Positions 42,568 through 53,689 are shown, numbered from the stretch's first letter. The stretch: 64,000 bases of DNA from Microbacteriaceae bacterium (GCA_007117135.1 SKHB01000010.1:21762-85761), one strand, 5' to 3'. Notes: generated by a model from the letters alone, not told the origin. Made by a program: numbers and translations.

Positions 42568-44991
42568 CTAAGCCTGCGTCTTCTCTGCACCGGTCAAGGT
42601 GCCACCGCGAATACCGGCAAAGGCCGCGACAACAAAAGACACCAGCAGGGCAACGGCGACCCCCGGTTGGTAAGCCTCAACATTGTTTAGACCCAGGTCG
42701 CTCAATGGTCCCATCAGGTATCCCAACCAGGAGAAAATCGGCTGAGCAGAAACAGTCACACCCCAGCCAACAGCAATTGCCGCAACAAATCCGACCAGCG
42801 GCGCGATGCGCCAAGCAGGGTAGGAGCCGGTTGAGCTGAGCAGGACCGACGAGGTGGGGGAAACACGCCGGGTGATCGCATCCGCGACGAAAACTCCCGT
42901 CCAAGCGGCCACCACCACACCAACGACACGGACAGCGTCGACCAGGTAGGGGGTGGGGTCACCCAGGACGACCAACACCGCAAAAACAATTCCTGCCGCC
43001 AGGATTATTCCCATCGCTGCTGCCGCATATCTGGTGACCTTAAACCCGAGGCTCATGAGGGCATAACTACTGGAGTGCAGGGCGAGTGCCGCCAGGCCAA
43101 GAAGAGGAACAGCAAGCAACACCAAAGCGGGAATGGGATACCAGGCAGGCGCCAGACTCAAGATTGCATTGAAAGGGTCTTCGACCACGGCGGAGCGCCA
43201 GCTGTCACCAGAGGCTCCCAGCACCACACCCCACCCAATAAATGCCAACGGGGGAATCAGAGCGGCAACGGTCACTAGGCTGACCGCAGCGGCCGCCTTG
43301 CCGGGTCTGCCAAAGCGGGCAACGTCTGCACCAGACTGAGCCCAAAAAATCATGAAAATTGCGGCAATAACGCTCGCTGACGAAACCAGAAGAGGAACAT
43401 TCCAGCTTCCTCCATCAAGAAATGCCCGGGTGGGAATGTCTACTGTCAACACAATCAGAACAGCGGCCGCAGCGAGTGACAACCCAGCGCTTACCCACAG
43501 CACCAACGACACAAACCTTCGTCCCGCCATCACCAGAGCACCAACGACAACCACGGCGATGGTCGCGAGAATGACATCTAAGGCGACGCGGTCCAGCAGC
43601 CACAGGTTTGCTTCGACATAAATCCCACTGGCTATCCAGACGGCTGCCCAAATGAAAAATGCGGACACTGTCAAACGGACAAGAAGCATCAGAACGGCGG
43701 GGGCAATGTTTCCCGCCAAACCGAAAGCTTGACGTGAGGCAATGAGGGTGGGCACACCAAGCCGAATTCCCGACACGGTGCCCACAATCAGTGGCAAGGA
43801 GCCAATAACAATGCCGACCAGGCTTGCAACGGCTGCTTGGGCGACTCCGTTACCCACCGCCATCAACCAGGCGCCAAGAATAATTCCTGCCAACGGGATG
43901 GACGTCGCCCACCACGTCCAAAACAGCTGCAGGGCACCCGCCGTGCGATTAACGTCTGCGGCTGGTTCAATGCCTACGCGGTCAAAAGAAAACCAACGTT
44001 CTTTTTCTACCGGGGTCAGCTGGAAAGGGTCCGCTGGGATCTCTTTCGTGGCAACCACATCTCGAATGGCAACCGTGTCCGTCCCCACGGCCACACCGGC
44101 AGCCACCAAAGAGGGCTCTTCGGCAACCGGGGCATCCTCCTCATCCTGGTCGTGCTCGACCTCAACGGCTGCACCCTCGGAAGCTTCACTGTCGCCATCA
44201 TCCGATTTCACGTCGCCGTCATCAGGCTCGTCAACAACGAGGGGCCATTGGCTCGTCGGTGGGCTGACAGCGTCATCGTCGCTGACAACATTGTCAAAAT
44301 CACTCCCCTGGCGCTGACCGGCATCATCAGTGTCGCCGGCAACCTCTTGAACTTCACCGGTGTCTGCGGCGATAGCAGCAAGCAAAGGGTTGATCGGCGT
44401 GTGTATGTCAACTTCAGGCTCTTCCTCGACTTCAACTTCAGCAACGGTTTCCGGTTCCGCGACAGGCTCCGGTTCTGGTAACGCCGGCAAGCCGCCAAAA
44501 GCTTCCCTCGCGGGGGCAATAATCTGGCGAGCTTCCTCCTCGGACACCACACCGCGCACAGTGTCCTCCCACACGGCGAAGCGCGCGTCTTCTTCTTCCC
44601 GAAGAGACAGCTGCGACTCCAACGCCGCCATCATGCCTTCGGTGGAGGCAATGTCACCATCACGAAACTTTGCCATGATGGCGTCGTCTCCCAGAGATGA
44701 CCGGGTGGGCGCTGGAGGAATGACGGGACCGGCGGGTTCCGCTAACGGCGGTTGAGCTGCCGGGGCCGGCGTGGCTGCCTGATACGTGCCCTGGCTGGAA
44801 TCGGGCTCCGCGGCAACCGCAGGCTGGTGTGCGGCTGCTGCTTCGCTGGCGCGTTTCGCCGCTTGGATGTCGTCGTCGCTCAGCTCGCCCAACCGTTCGG
44901 GAAACTCAGCGTTATCGGGAGGGGGAGTAAACGTTGAACGGCGCTTTGCCTCATCATTTGCTTCATTGCCTATGGTGTCCTCTTCAGCCAT
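42568..44991 (-). CDS. Purine-cytosine permease (NCS1)-like transporter with long acidic N-terminal extension
   Basis: About 12 TM helices starting near LFWTW, with G.PTLI.SR.AFG..G and AD..RF motifs, preceded by about 330 aa rich in D/E/P/A. Confidence 0.75.
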   Translation of the reverse strand: MAEEDTIGNEANDEAKRRSTFTPPPDNAEFPERLGELSDDDIQAAKRASEAAAAHQPAVAAEPDSSQGTYQAATPAPAAQPPLAEPAGPVIPPAPTRSSLGDDAIMAKFRDGDIASTEGMMAALESQLSLREEEDARFAVWEDTVRGVVSEEEARQIIAPAREAFGGLPALPEPEPVAEPETVAEVEVEEEPEVDIHTPINPLLAAIAADTGEVQEVAGDTDDAGQRQGSDFDNVVSDDDAVSPPTSQWPLVVDEPDDGDVKSDDGDSEASEGAAVEVEHDQDEEDAPVAEEPSLVAAGVAVGTDTVAIRDVVATKEIPADPFQLTPVEKERWFSFDRVGIEPAADVNRTAGALQLFWTWWATSIPLAGIILGAWLMAVGNGVAQAAVASLVGIVIGSLPLIVGTVSGIRLGVPTLIASRQAFGLAGNIAPAVLMLLVRLTVSAFFIWAAVWIASGIYVEANLWLLDRVALDVILATIAVVVVGALVMAGRRFVSLVLWVSAGLSLAAAAVLIVLTVDIPTRAFLDGGSWNVPLLVSSASVIAAIFMIFWAQSGADVARFGRPGKAAAAVSLVTVAALIPPLAFIGWGVVLGASGDSWRSAVVEDPFNAILSLAPAWYPIPALVLLAVPLLGLAALALHSSSYALMSLGFKVTRYAAAAMGIILAAGIVFAVLVVLGDPTPYLVDAVRVVGVVVAAWTGVFVADAITRRVSPTSSVLLSSTGSYPAWRIAPLVGFVAAIAVGWGVTVSAQPIFSWLGYLMGPLSDLGLNNVEAYQPGVAVALLVSFVVAAFAGIRGGTLTGAEKTQA

Positions 44992-45018
44992 GGTTCAAGG
45001 ATACGCAGGTTGGGGCTG

Positions 45019-45903
45019 TCAGCGCACTGTTGCGCCACGTGCGGCGAAGACTACTGCGCAGAGAGTCAAGGCGAGACCCAGCCCACTGAGGACGTCGAAA
45101 CGTTCCCCAACAATAGTGAGTGCCAACCCTGTTGCGACTGCCGGCTCGATGAGTGCAATGGTCAGCACACTGCTCGACGTAAGCGTGCGAAGGGCTCGCG
45201 AGAAAAATACGTAACTGATGACCATCGGGCCAAGAACCAAATATCCGAGTAACCCAAGGGGTGCAAGTCCAACATCCGCGGGAATTCCAAGCGCGAGAAG
45301 GATAATCAGCAGCGGCAGAGCCCCCCCACCAAAAACGGCTCCCACCGTTGCCCGGGGGCTTTTCCCCGTCGCCATGATCTGGCCCATGGCATAAGAAAAC
45401 AGGGCGTAGCTGAAGCCCGCCACCAATGCCAACAGGACCCCCGGAATAAAGCCCCCTGGTTCGGCTGACGTTTGTGACGAGTCACCGAAGGTGAGAAATA
45501 GAATGCCCGTCACGGCAAAAATGGTGGCCATCAACCAACCGGCGGTGGGTTGACGCCGCTCCACCACCCATTCGATAACTGCGACGATGACCGGTCCGGT
45601 GCCGAGGGCTATCACGTTCCCTACGGCAACCCCGGCTAAAAACATTCCCTGGTAAAACGCCAACGGGTAGATCACCACACCGGCGGCTCCTATCCAGACC
45701 CAGCTGGCATGTTCACGGGAGCTCAAAAGGGCAAAACTTGCCGGCCCGCCGATGACAAACAAAATCAGCCCACCGAAACCCATTGTGGCGGCACCAATCA
45801 CCAACGGGGATAGGGCTCCACCCATTAGGTACGCCGCAGTGCCGGTGGTTCCCCACAGTGTCGCCGCGACAAGCGCGGCCAGCGTGGCGGAGGTTTTTGA
45901 CAC
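45019..45903 (-). CDS. DMT/EamA family transporter
   Basis: LWGTTG, about 10 TM helices in two repeats, and L.EP..A..L...GE. Confidence 0.88.
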   Translation of the reverse strand: MSKTSATLAALVAATLWGTTGTAAYLMGGALSPLVIGAATMGFGGLILFVIGGPASFALLSSREHASWVWIGAAGVVIYPLAFYQGMFLAGVAVGNVIALGTGPVIVAVIEWVVERRQPTAGWLMATIFAVTGILFLTFGDSSQTSAEPGGFIPGVLLALVAGFSYALFSYAMGQIMATGKSPRATVGAVFGGGALPLLIILLALGIPADVGLAPLGLLGYLVLGPMVISYVFFSRALRTLTSSSVLTIALIEPAVATGLALTIVGERFDVLSGLGLALTLCAVVFAARGATVR

Positions 45904-45943
45904 GGGGTGTTCCTTACTTCACTCTGGGCGTATAGCCTAGGGC

Positions 45944-46336
45944 GTGGCCATCATGGTTGACGTTTCAAGGACGGATATGAACAGTCACGAAAAATTTGAA
46001 TCTTGGCAGCGGGCGAGACTACACCTCATCATCTCCCAAATCGCCCCCACACTTCTTCTCATTACTGTCGTGGCACTGCTCCAGTTTGGGCTTGCCGACG
46101 CTGACCTTTTTGTGAAGATTTCTGCCGCAGGAATCCTCCTCGCCTCGGGCATCCTGGGTGCATTAGTTCAGTTTCAATCCGCCCAAGAAGCTGAAGTGAT
46201 TGCGAAAGATCTGGCCGGTGGCGAATACGACCGCACAGTGGGGCGGTCTGCTGGCTGGTTGTGGGTGCCAAAATTTGTCACCCCAACCATTTTTGTCGCG
46301 ATTTTCGCGGCCCTCATGATGGCAATTTTCATCTAA
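45944..46336 (+). CDS. Hypothetical three-helix membrane protein
   Basis: Three hydrophobic segments that fill the gap between flanking genes. The start may instead be the ATG at 45977. Confidence 0.7.
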   Translation: MAIMVDVSRTDMNSHEKFESWQRARLHLIISQIAPTLLLITVVALLQFGLADADLFVKISAAGILLASGILGALVQFQSAQEAEVIAKDLAGGEYDRTVGRSAGWLWVPKFVTPTIFVAIFAALMMAIFI

Positions 46337-46339
46337 GCC

Positions 46340-47125
46340 TTAGGCAACAACGTAAAGGGTCAGGGACCCGAGCGTCGAGAACTCGACCGTGACCGTATCC
46401 CCCGCAACAACCGGCACTGCGGCCTGACACAGGTTGCCCGAGAAAATAGCCAGCCCACCGGGAACGGGTCGCCCGAGTCGAATCATCTCGTTGATAGCCC
46501 CCCAGACGGCAATCAGGGGATTTCCGAGAAGGCGGGAGGCAACCCCCGACCCCTTCTCTTCCCCGTTGATAAGCAACGTCGCCGACTCGTTCACAATGTC
46601 CAGGTCGGTAAGCAAAAGACCCTCACCCGCCCAGACGCCCGATAGAGCCGACTGGTTGTCAGAAACGGCGTCAACCGGGTGAAAGTCCCCCTGGTGGTAC
46701 CTGGAGTCAAGAATTTCAATACCGGCGTGCACCGAGGCGATAAGCGACACCAGCTCCTCGATGGATTCCACCCGGTGGTCGATGTCCCGAGAGGTAACCA
46801 CCACTATCTCGGCCTCCACTTTCGGCGCCCTCCCCCGAGACACCTGAAACGGCGCCCCCGGGGGATTAATCATCGACTGGGTGAGTGTTCCAAACGTAGG
46901 GTGAGGAATGGACCACTGGTCTTGTTCTAACTGTTGGGTCAGACCGAGCTTGATGGCACGAATGGGGTCGTCGTCATTTGTGCGCTCGGCGATGGTGCCG
47001 AATTGAATGGCGTAAGCGTCGTCGAGGGTCACTCCGGGCCACAAGGAGGTCGGCCTGGTGGCAGGTTCTTTCGTCGTCGCAGCGCGGGAGAAAAGAGTTG
47101 CCCATTCTGAAGCATCTTTCGCCAT
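46340..47125 (-). CDS. 2-keto-4-pentenoate hydratase / FAH-family protein
   Basis: DAYAIQ, KLGLT, VEAEI, IEILDSRY, DN and GNPL motifs. The ATG at 47125 lies 16 nt beyond the tRNA 3' end. Confidence 0.85.
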   Translation of the reverse strand: MAKDASEWATLFSRAATTKEPATRPTSLWPGVTLDDAYAIQFGTIAERTNDDDPIRAIKLGLTQQLEQDQWSIPHPTFGTLTQSMINPPGAPFQVSRGRAPKVEAEIVVVTSRDIDHRVESIEELVSLIASVHAGIEILDSRYHQGDFHPVDAVSDNQSALSGVWAGEGLLLTDLDIVNESATLLINGEEKGSGVASRLLGNPLIAVWGAINEMIRLGRPVPGGLAIFSGNLCQAAVPVVAGDTVTVEFSTLGSLTLYVVA

Positions 47126-47141
47126 GCCAGCCCCCGTCGTT

Positions 47142-47218
47142 TGGTGGGCCCGGAGGGACTCGAACCCCCGGCATCCACGGTGTAAACGTGGCGCTCTAAC
47201 CAACTGAGCTACAGGCCC
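47142..47218 (-). tRNA. tRNA-Val(TAC)
   Basis: GGGCCTGTAGCTCAGTTGG...CCACG-TTTACAC-CGTGG...GGTTCGAGTCC...GGGCCCACCA folds as a cloverleaf with encoded CCA. Confidence 0.97.
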
Positions 47219-47358
47219 AAACTGCTCCCCAATCGTATACCGGAATAATCACCACCCGGTTTCTTAGTCCGCGCACTGTCGATAGACTGGGGCCTGCTGT
47301 GCGGGTGACCCTCGCGCGGCATCGCATTGCCAGCCTCCCGACCAGGAATGAGGACCAG

Positions 47359-50088
47359 ATGGCCGTCAACGACCAAGATCCCTATTCGATTACCCCACTC
47401 GATTCTGATCCCGAAGAAACTGCCGAGTGGCAAGAATCTCTCGATAGCGTCGTTGACACCCGCGGCCCTCAGCGTGGCCGGGAAATCATGCTGAGTCTGC
47501 TCAAGCGCTCCAAAGAACGCCACTTGGGTGTTCCAATGGTTCCCACTACGGACTACTTGAACACGATTGCCGCCGAGAATGAGCCCGACTTCCCGGGCGA
47601 CGAAGACATCGAGCGCCGCTACCGGGCATGGATTCGGTGGAACGCGGCAGTGACCGTTCACCGGGCTCAGCGTCCAGAAATTTCTGTCGGTGGACACATT
47701 TCCACCTACGCCTCATCAGCATCGCTATATGAGGTCGGACACAACCACTTCTTCCGCGGAGCCGACCACCCAGGCGGTGGGGACCAGATTTTTTATCAAG
47801 GTCACGCCTCCCCCGGCATGTATGCGAGGGCCTTCCTCGAAGGCAGGCTGAGCGAATCCCAAATGGATGGGTTCCGGCAAGAAAAATCTCACCCCTCGGG
47901 CGGGCTCAGTTCTTACCCACACCCTCGGCTCATGCCCGAGTTTTGGCAGTTCCCCACCGTGTCCATGGGCCTTGGCCCGATCAACGCCATTTACCAGGCT
48001 CAACTCAACAAGTACATTGCCAACCGCGGCATCACAGACACCTCCGATCAGCACGTCTGGGCGTTTCTGGGCGACGGCGAAATGGATGAGGTGGAAAGCC
48101 GCGGCGCTCTCCAGTTGGCCGCAAACGACCACCTGGACAATTTGACGTTCGTCATCAACTGCAACCTGCAGAGACTGGACGGCCCTGTCCGCGGAAATAC
48201 CAAAATTATTCAAGAGCTGGAAAGCTTTTTCCGCGGCGCTGGCTGGAACGTCATCAAAGTGGTGTGGGGACGGGAGTGGGACGCCCTGTTGGCCGCTGAC
48301 GACGATGGTGCGCTGCGGGACCTGATGAACCGCACACCTGACGGCGACTACCAAACCTACAAGGCCGAAAACGGCGCATACGTTCGGGAGAACTTTTTCG
48401 GACGCGACCCCCGCACTCTAGCCATGGTTGAACACATGTCTGACGACGACATTTGGCGTCTTCGTCGCGGCGGTCACGATTATCGAAAGGTGTATGCGGC
48501 ATTCAAAGCAGCCACCGAACACAAAGGCCAACCGACGGTGATTCTTGCGAAAACGGTGAAGGGTTACGGTCTCGGTCCCAGCTTCGAGGGCCGTAACGCC
48601 ACCCACCAGATGAAAAAGTTGACGCTGGAGAACCTGAAGGCATTCCGCGACGACATGCGCATTCCCATTTCTGATGCGGAACTCGAAAAAGACCCTTACC
48701 GCCCACCCTTCTACCACCCGGGTGACAACGATGAGGCTATCCAATACCTGCACGAGCGTCGCCGTGCACTCGGCGGTTATCTGCCCGAGCGTCGTTCGAA
48801 ATATGTTGACGTATCTTTGCCTGGAGCCGACACTTACGCCGGCGCAAAGGGCGGCGCGGGCAAGCAAATGGTTGCCTCAACGATGGCTTTTGCGAGGCTG
48901 TTCAAAGATTTGCTTCGAGACAAGAACTTTGGCCCACGCTTCGTGCCGATCATTCCCGACGAGGCTCGCACTTTCGGGATGGACGCCTACTTCCCCACCT
49001 CCAAGATTTATAACCCGCACGGCCAAAACTATGTCTCGGTCGACCGCGAACTGCTGTTGGCGTATAAGGAAAGTGCCCAGGGCCAGATTCTGCACACCGG
49101 CATTAACGAGGCGGGGGCGACGGCCGCGTTTACCGCCGTTGGCACCAGCTACGCGACACACGGTCAACCCATGGTTCCGGTCTACGTCTTTTACTCAATG
49201 TTTGGGTTTCAGAGAACCGGTGACGCATTTTGGGCTGCTGGCGACCAGATGACCAGGGGGTTCATCATGGGCGCCACAGCTGGGCGCACCACGCTCACCG
49301 GCGAAGGCCTCCAGCACGCCGATGGCCATTCGCACATACTCGCCGCCACGAACCCCGCGGTCGTGTCATACGACCCGGCTTACGGGTATGAGATTGCTCA
49401 CATCGTCCAAGACGGCCTGGAGCGGATGTATGGCGGGAATCATCCCGACCCCAATGTCATGTATTACATCACCATTTACAACGAGCCGATCCTTCAGCCG
49501 GCTGAACCCGACGGCTTGGATGTTGAGGGAGTGAAGCGAGGCCTGTACCTGCTGGCCCCTGCCCACAGCGCGCACATCCGCCGTGCCCAAATTCTGGCCA
49601 GCGGTGTTGCTGTTCCGTGGGCGTTGGAAGCCCAGGAACTGTTGGACAAAGACTGGTCAGTCTCCGCTGATGTCTGGTCGGTCACTTCGTGGACAGAGCT
49701 TCGTCGAGACGGTGTAGCGGCAGACGAACACAACTTTTTGCACCCGAACGAACCGGTTGCGACCCCCTATGTCACCGACAAACTGAGGGGTAAGCCTGGG
49801 CCATTTATCGGTGTGAGTGATTACATGCACCAAGTGCCCGACCAAATCCGACAATTTGTCCCTGGCGACTACGCCACGCTGGGCGCCGACGGTTTTGGTT
49901 TCAGTGACACTCGAGCAGCCGCACGAAGGTTCTTCTTCATCGACGGCCCGTCGATTGTGGTGAGAACACTGCAGCAGTTGGCAAAACGGGAAGAAATCGA
50001 CCCAGCTGTTGTCGGCCAAGCCATCGAGAAATACAAACTGTTTGACGTGAATGCGGGAACAAGCGGCCAGGCGGGTGGCGACGCCTAA
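47359..50088 (+). CDS. aceE: Pyruvate dehydrogenase E1, homodimeric type
   Basis: [30 protein letters not shown] and GEGLQH motifs. ATG follows GAGGA. Confidence 0.96.
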   Translation: MAVNDQDPYSITPLDSDPEETAEWQESLDSVVDTRGPQRGREIMLSLLKRSKERHLGVPMVPTTDYLNTIAAENEPDFPGDEDIERRYRAWIRWNAAVTVHRAQRPEISVGGHISTYASSASLYEVGHNHFFRGADHPGGGDQIFYQGHASPGMYARAFLEGRLSESQMDGFRQEKSHPSGGLSSYPHPRLMPEFWQFPTVSMGLGPINAIYQAQLNKYIANRGITDTSDQHVWAFLGDGEMDEVESRGALQLAANDHLDNLTFVINCNLQRLDGPVRGNTKIIQELESFFRGAGWNVIKVVWGREWDALLAADDDGALRDLMNRTPDGDYQTYKAENGAYVRENFFGRDPRTLAMVEHMSDDDIWRLRRGGHDYRKVYAAFKAATEHKGQPTVILAKTVKGYGLGPSFEGRNATHQMKKLTLENLKAFRDDMRIPISDAELEKDPYRPPFYHPGDNDEAIQYLHERRRALGGYLPERRSKYVDVSLPGADTYAGAKGGAGKQMVASTMAFARLFKDLLRDKNFGPRFVPIIPDEARTFGMDAYFPTSKIYNPHGQNYVSVDRELLLAYKESAQGQILHTGINEAGATAAFTAVGTSYATHGQPMVPVYVFYSMFGFQRTGDAFWAAGDQMTRGFIMGATAGRTTLTGEGLQHADGHSHILAATNPAVVSYDPAYGYEIAHIVQDGLERMYGGNHPDPNVMYYITIYNEPILQPAEPDGLDVEGVKRGLYLLAPAHSAHIRRAQILASGVAVPWALEAQELLDKDWSVSADVWSVTSWTELRRDGVAADEHNFLHPNEPVATPYVTDKLRGKPGPFIGVSDYMHQVPDQIRQFVPGDYATLGADGFGFSDTRAAARRFFFIDGPSIVVRTLQQLAKREEIDPAVVGQAIEKYKLFDVNAGTSGQAGGDA

Positions 50089-50134
50089 CACCTCCCGCCA
50101 CCTGGGCGGCAGGCACGTGAGAGGATGACGTCTC

Positions 50135-51331
50135 ATGGCACGTAAAAGCAAAGAGGACACCCTCACCTGGCTAAAAAGTGTGTCCGGCGACCTGGCCACC
50201 AAAACGCTCGCCACCCTCGAATCGACCCTGCCGTGGTATCGACAAATGCCGGCGGCGAGACGCTCTGCGGTGGGAATGGTGGCGCAGGCAGGCATTTCTT
50301 CTTTCATCAGCTGGTACGAAGACCCCACCTCGACTGACTGGGTGGCAGCTGACGTGTTCGGTGTTGCCCCGAGAGAGCTGCTTCGATCCGTGAGTTTGCA
50401 GGAAACACTGCAGCTGATCCGCGTCGTTGTTGAGGTCGCCGAAGAGCATCTCACTGCAGATTCGCCCGAACTACGTGACGCCATCCTGCTGTATTCGAGA
50501 GAAATTGCCTTCTCAGCCGCCGATGTTTACGCCCGCGCAGCGGAAGCGCGGGGCCTGTGGGACCAGCGGCTTGAAGCACTCGTCGTTGACTCCATCCTGT
50601 CAGGCGAATATGACCGCGAATTGCCGAGCCGGATTGCCGCCCTGGGGTGGAGTGGTCACGGAGATGTGTCGGTGTTGGTGGGAACAACATCCCCCGACAC
50701 CGACTCGGATCAGATTCGACGCATTCTGAGACACCTTCATGCAGATGGCCTGGTGGGAATTCAAGGCAAACGCCTTGTTGTTGTTGTCGGCCACCGAATC
50801 CCTGAACCCGGCCAACCAGCGCTCGACCACTCGAGTTTTGTGGACATAGCGAAAGCTCTTGATAGCCAGTTTGGTTCCGGACCGTTGGTGGTGGGTCCGA
50901 CAGTGTCGAGTGTGGTGGAGGCGGGAACAAGTGCGAAAGCAGCCTTGTCTGCTTTTTCTGTTGCCGGGGGGTGGCGCCAGTTACCTCGACCCGTCTTAGC
51001 CGACGACTCACTGCCGGAACGTGTGTTGGCTGGTGACTACCAGGCTAAAGCCCAGCTGTTGGAGGCCATCTACTATCCGCTTCGCGACCATCCGCTGGAT
51101 TTGCTGGACACAGCATGGGCTTTTTTCCTGAACGGCCACTCATTGGAAGCCACCGCGAAAGACCTGTACATCCACGCGAACACGGTGCGGTATCGGCTGA
51201 GAAAGATAGCCGAGATCATCGAGTGGGACCCCACCCACCCGCGTGATGCGCTCACCATCCACTTTGCGATTGTTGTGGGAAAAATCGGCGACAACCAGCC
51301 GACGTCTTCCACTGCGCCACAAACCTTCTAG
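50135..51331 (+). CDS. fasR: PucR/CdaR-family regulator of fatty acid synthesis (FasR/MabR-like)
   Basis: AAEARGLWD.RLEALVVD and C-terminal HTH SLEATA..LYIHANTVRYRL; directly upstream of fabD. Confidence 0.88.
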   Translation: MARKSKEDTLTWLKSVSGDLATKTLATLESTLPWYRQMPAARRSAVGMVAQAGISSFISWYEDPTSTDWVAADVFGVAPRELLRSVSLQETLQLIRVVVEVAEEHLTADSPELRDAILLYSREIAFSAADVYARAAEARGLWDQRLEALVVDSILSGEYDRELPSRIAALGWSGHGDVSVLVGTTSPDTDSDQIRRILRHLHADGLVGIQGKRLVVVVGHRIPEPGQPALDHSSFVDIAKALDSQFGSGPLVVGPTVSSVVEAGTSAKAALSAFSVAGGWRQLPRPVLADDSLPERVLAGDYQAKAQLLEAIYYPLRDHPLDLLDTAWAFFLNGHSLEATAKDLYIHANTVRYRLRKIAEIIEWDPTHPRDALTIHFAIVVGKIGDNQPTSSTAPQTF

Positions 51332-51417
51332 TTTTGTAGATATCCACCATAGAATGGCCGATTCGTTGCCGACAACGGGTAGCGTTAGGGAAGTCGACAG
51401 GGAGGAAACTACTCGAC

Positions 51418-52320
51418 ATGATTGTTATCTCGGCACCTGGCCAAGGCTCCCAAAAACCTGGGTTTCTCGCCCCGTGGCTCAATCTCCCCGGTGTGAGGGA
51501 TTCTCTTGCGGCATGGTCTGAGGCCATCAACGTTGACCTCATTGCACACGGGACAGTCAGCGACCAAGACACCATTCGAGATACTCAGATCGCCCAGCCG
51601 CTCATTGTCGCCGCAGGACTGTTGACAGGCCGCCTGGTTCAACAAGCCCTCGGCGAGGACGTTGCCGTGTCCTATGCCGGCCACTCGGTGGGCGAATTCA
51701 CCGCCGCTGCCCTAGCGGGTGCACTTTCCGACGAAGACGCGTTGGGTCTCGTCGCTGTTCGTGGACGCGCTATGGCTGAAGCCGCAGCACGGGAAGACAC
51801 CGGCATGTCGGCGGTCATTGGTGGCCAGTACGACGAGGTGGCAGAAGAGTTGATGTCTCGAAACCTCGTTCCCGCAAACGTCAACGGTGGCGGCCAGGTG
51901 GTCGCAGCAGGCCCGAAGGGTGCATTGGCCGAGTTAGCAGAGAACCCCCCTGCTGGCACACGGGTTATTCCTTTGGATGTGGCGGGAGCTTTTCACACAC
52001 ATTTCATGGAAAGCGCTGTCGAGACTCTCCAGGAAGCAGCCTCAGCGGTAACCTTCCACACTCCGCATTCCCCGCTTTACACAAACCGGGACGGGTCTGT
52101 CGTGGTTGATGGCGTCACCGTTCGTGAGCTTCTGATTGGGCAAGTGTCGTCACCGGTGCGGTGGGATTTGTGCATGGAAAGTATGGCTCAGGATGGCGTC
52201 ACGCGCTTAATTGAACTAGCCCCCGCCGGTGCTCTCGTGGGACTCGCAAAGCGAGCCCTCAAAGAGGTGCAGACGGTGAAGATAGACTTGCCCGAGCACA
52301 TCGAGACGTTAACCATCTAA
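51418..52320 (+). CDS. fabD: Malonyl-CoA:ACP transacylase
   Basis: PGQGSQ, GHSVGE, AFHT and SPVRW motifs. Confidence 0.95.
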   Translation: MIVISAPGQGSQKPGFLAPWLNLPGVRDSLAAWSEAINVDLIAHGTVSDQDTIRDTQIAQPLIVAAGLLTGRLVQQALGEDVAVSYAGHSVGEFTAAALAGALSDEDALGLVAVRGRAMAEAAAREDTGMSAVIGGQYDEVAEELMSRNLVPANVNGGGQVVAAGPKGALAELAENPPAGTRVIPLDVAGAFHTHFMESAVETLQEAASAVTFHTPHSPLYTNRDGSVVVDGVTVRELLIGQVSSPVRWDLCMESMAQDGVTRLIELAPAGALVGLAKRALKEVQTVKIDLPEHIETLTI

Positions 52321-52333
52321 GGAAGAACAGTCG

Positions 52334-53335
52334 ATGCCAGAACTGATTCAGCCGCAGGGCGCCCCCCATTCGACGATTATGTCGTTGGGAGCGGCCCGTG
52401 GGGACATGGTTGTCCCCAACGACGACCTGGTGGGCCCGATTGATTCCTCTGACGAGTGGATTCGGCAGCGGACTGGAATTATTGAGCGTCGCCGGTCATC
52501 ACAGAACCAACACGCGATCGACTTGGCTGAAACCGCCTCCAAGGAAGCAATTGAGAGGGCAGGTATTGAGCCGTCGCAGATTGGTGCGGTCATCGTCTCC
52601 ACCATTTCCAACAGTGTGCAAACACCGTCACTGGCGTCACTGCTCGCCGACCGGGTTGGCGCAACACCAGCCCCCGCCTACGACGTCTCCGCCGCCTGCG
52701 CCGGATACACCTACGGTATTGCCCAAGCCGATGCTCTCATCAGAGGAGGGCTCGCCGAGTATGTGTTGGTGGTGGGGGCAGAGAAACTCAGTGACTTTGC
52801 CAACCCCACGGACCGCAGTATTTCTTTCCTTCTCGGCGATGGCGCAGGAGCTGCAGTGGTGGGCCCGAGCGACACGGTCGGTATCGCACCGACGGTGTGG
52901 GGGTCAGACGGGTCTAAGTGGGGGGCCGTCGGCATGGACCGCACCATCAAGGACGCCTTTGACTCAGACGAAAAGGTTTTCCCCACTCTCCGGCAAGACG
53001 GTCAAACAGTTTTTCGCTGGGCGGTCTGGGAAATGGCAAAGGTTGCGCAGCAGGCAATTGACGTAGCAGGAATCACCGCAGCAGATTTGACGGCGTTTGT
53101 TCCCCACCAGGCAAATATGCGCATCATCGACGAGTTTGCCAAACAGTTAGGGTTACCCGATTCTGTGTTGATTGCCCGGGACATTCAAACAACCGGAAAC
53201 ACGTCAGCGGCGTCTATCCCGCTGGCGATGCACAGACTGTTGGAGGAACATCCCGAAGCGCGAGGCGGCCTGGCACTAGAAATTGGTTTTGGCGCCGGTC
53301 TTGTCTACGGCGCACAAGTTGTGGTGATGCCCTAA
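52334..53335 (+). CDS. fabH: Beta-ketoacyl-ACP synthase III
   Basis: Cys-His-Asn triad: AACAG, PHQAN, GNTSAAS. Confidence 0.95.
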   Translation: MPELIQPQGAPHSTIMSLGAARGDMVVPNDDLVGPIDSSDEWIRQRTGIIERRRSSQNQHAIDLAETASKEAIERAGIEPSQIGAVIVSTISNSVQTPSLASLLADRVGATPAPAYDVSAACAGYTYGIAQADALIRGGLAEYVLVVGAEKLSDFANPTDRSISFLLGDGAGAAVVGPSDTVGIAPTVWGSDGSKWGAVGMDRTIKDAFDSDEKVFPTLRQDGQTVFRWAVWEMAKVAQQAIDVAGITAADLTAFVPHQANMRIIDEFAKQLGLPDSVLIARDIQTTGNTSAASIPLAMHRLLEEHPEARGGLALEIGFGAGLVYGAQVVVMP

Positions 53336-53412
53336 AACCACCCCCGGAGTAGCTTCCGGACACGTAGAATGAAACACTGGTTCACACCCGTAAGGAAAAG
53401 AGGATAGATCCC

Positions 53413-53658
53413 ATGGCCCATTCGAAAGAAGACATTCTCGCTGGTCTTGCCGACCTCGTCAACGAGGAGACTGGCATTTCCACAGACCAGGTTGAGCTCG
53501 GGAAGTCGTTCACCGACGACCTCGACATTGACTCCATTTCGATGATGACCATCGTGGTCAACGCGGAGGAGAAATTTGACGTGAAGATCCCCGACGACGA
53601 GGTCAAGAACCTCCAGACCGTCCAGGACGCCGTCGACTTCATCGCCTCCAACCAGTAG
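53413..53658 (+). CDS. acpP: Acyl carrier protein
   Basis: Acidic 81-aa protein with the DLDIDSISM phosphopantetheine Ser. Confidence 0.96.
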   Translation: MAHSKEDILAGLADLVNEETGISTDQVELGKSFTDDLDIDSISMMTIVVNAEEKFDVKIPDDEVKNLQTVQDAVDFIASNQ

Positions 53659-53667
53659 TAACCGCCG

Positions 53668-53689
53668 TGTGGGGGCCGCGGCCCCCACA
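53668..53689. other. Perfect 22-bp palindrome/hairpin between acpP and fabF
   Basis: TGTGGGGGCCGCGGCCCCCACA, with no U-tract. Confidence 0.8.

Noticed and set aside
47126-47203. Hydratase ORF extension through the tRNA
   Set aside because: It is a chance open frame across tRNA-Val; the ATG at 47125 is more plausible.
51332-51351. TTTTGT-N8-ACCATA as a FasR/MabR site upstream of fabD
   Set aside because: The position is plausible, but the right half-site is poor and the spacing differs from the mycobacterial site as I recall it, so it is not called as a feature.
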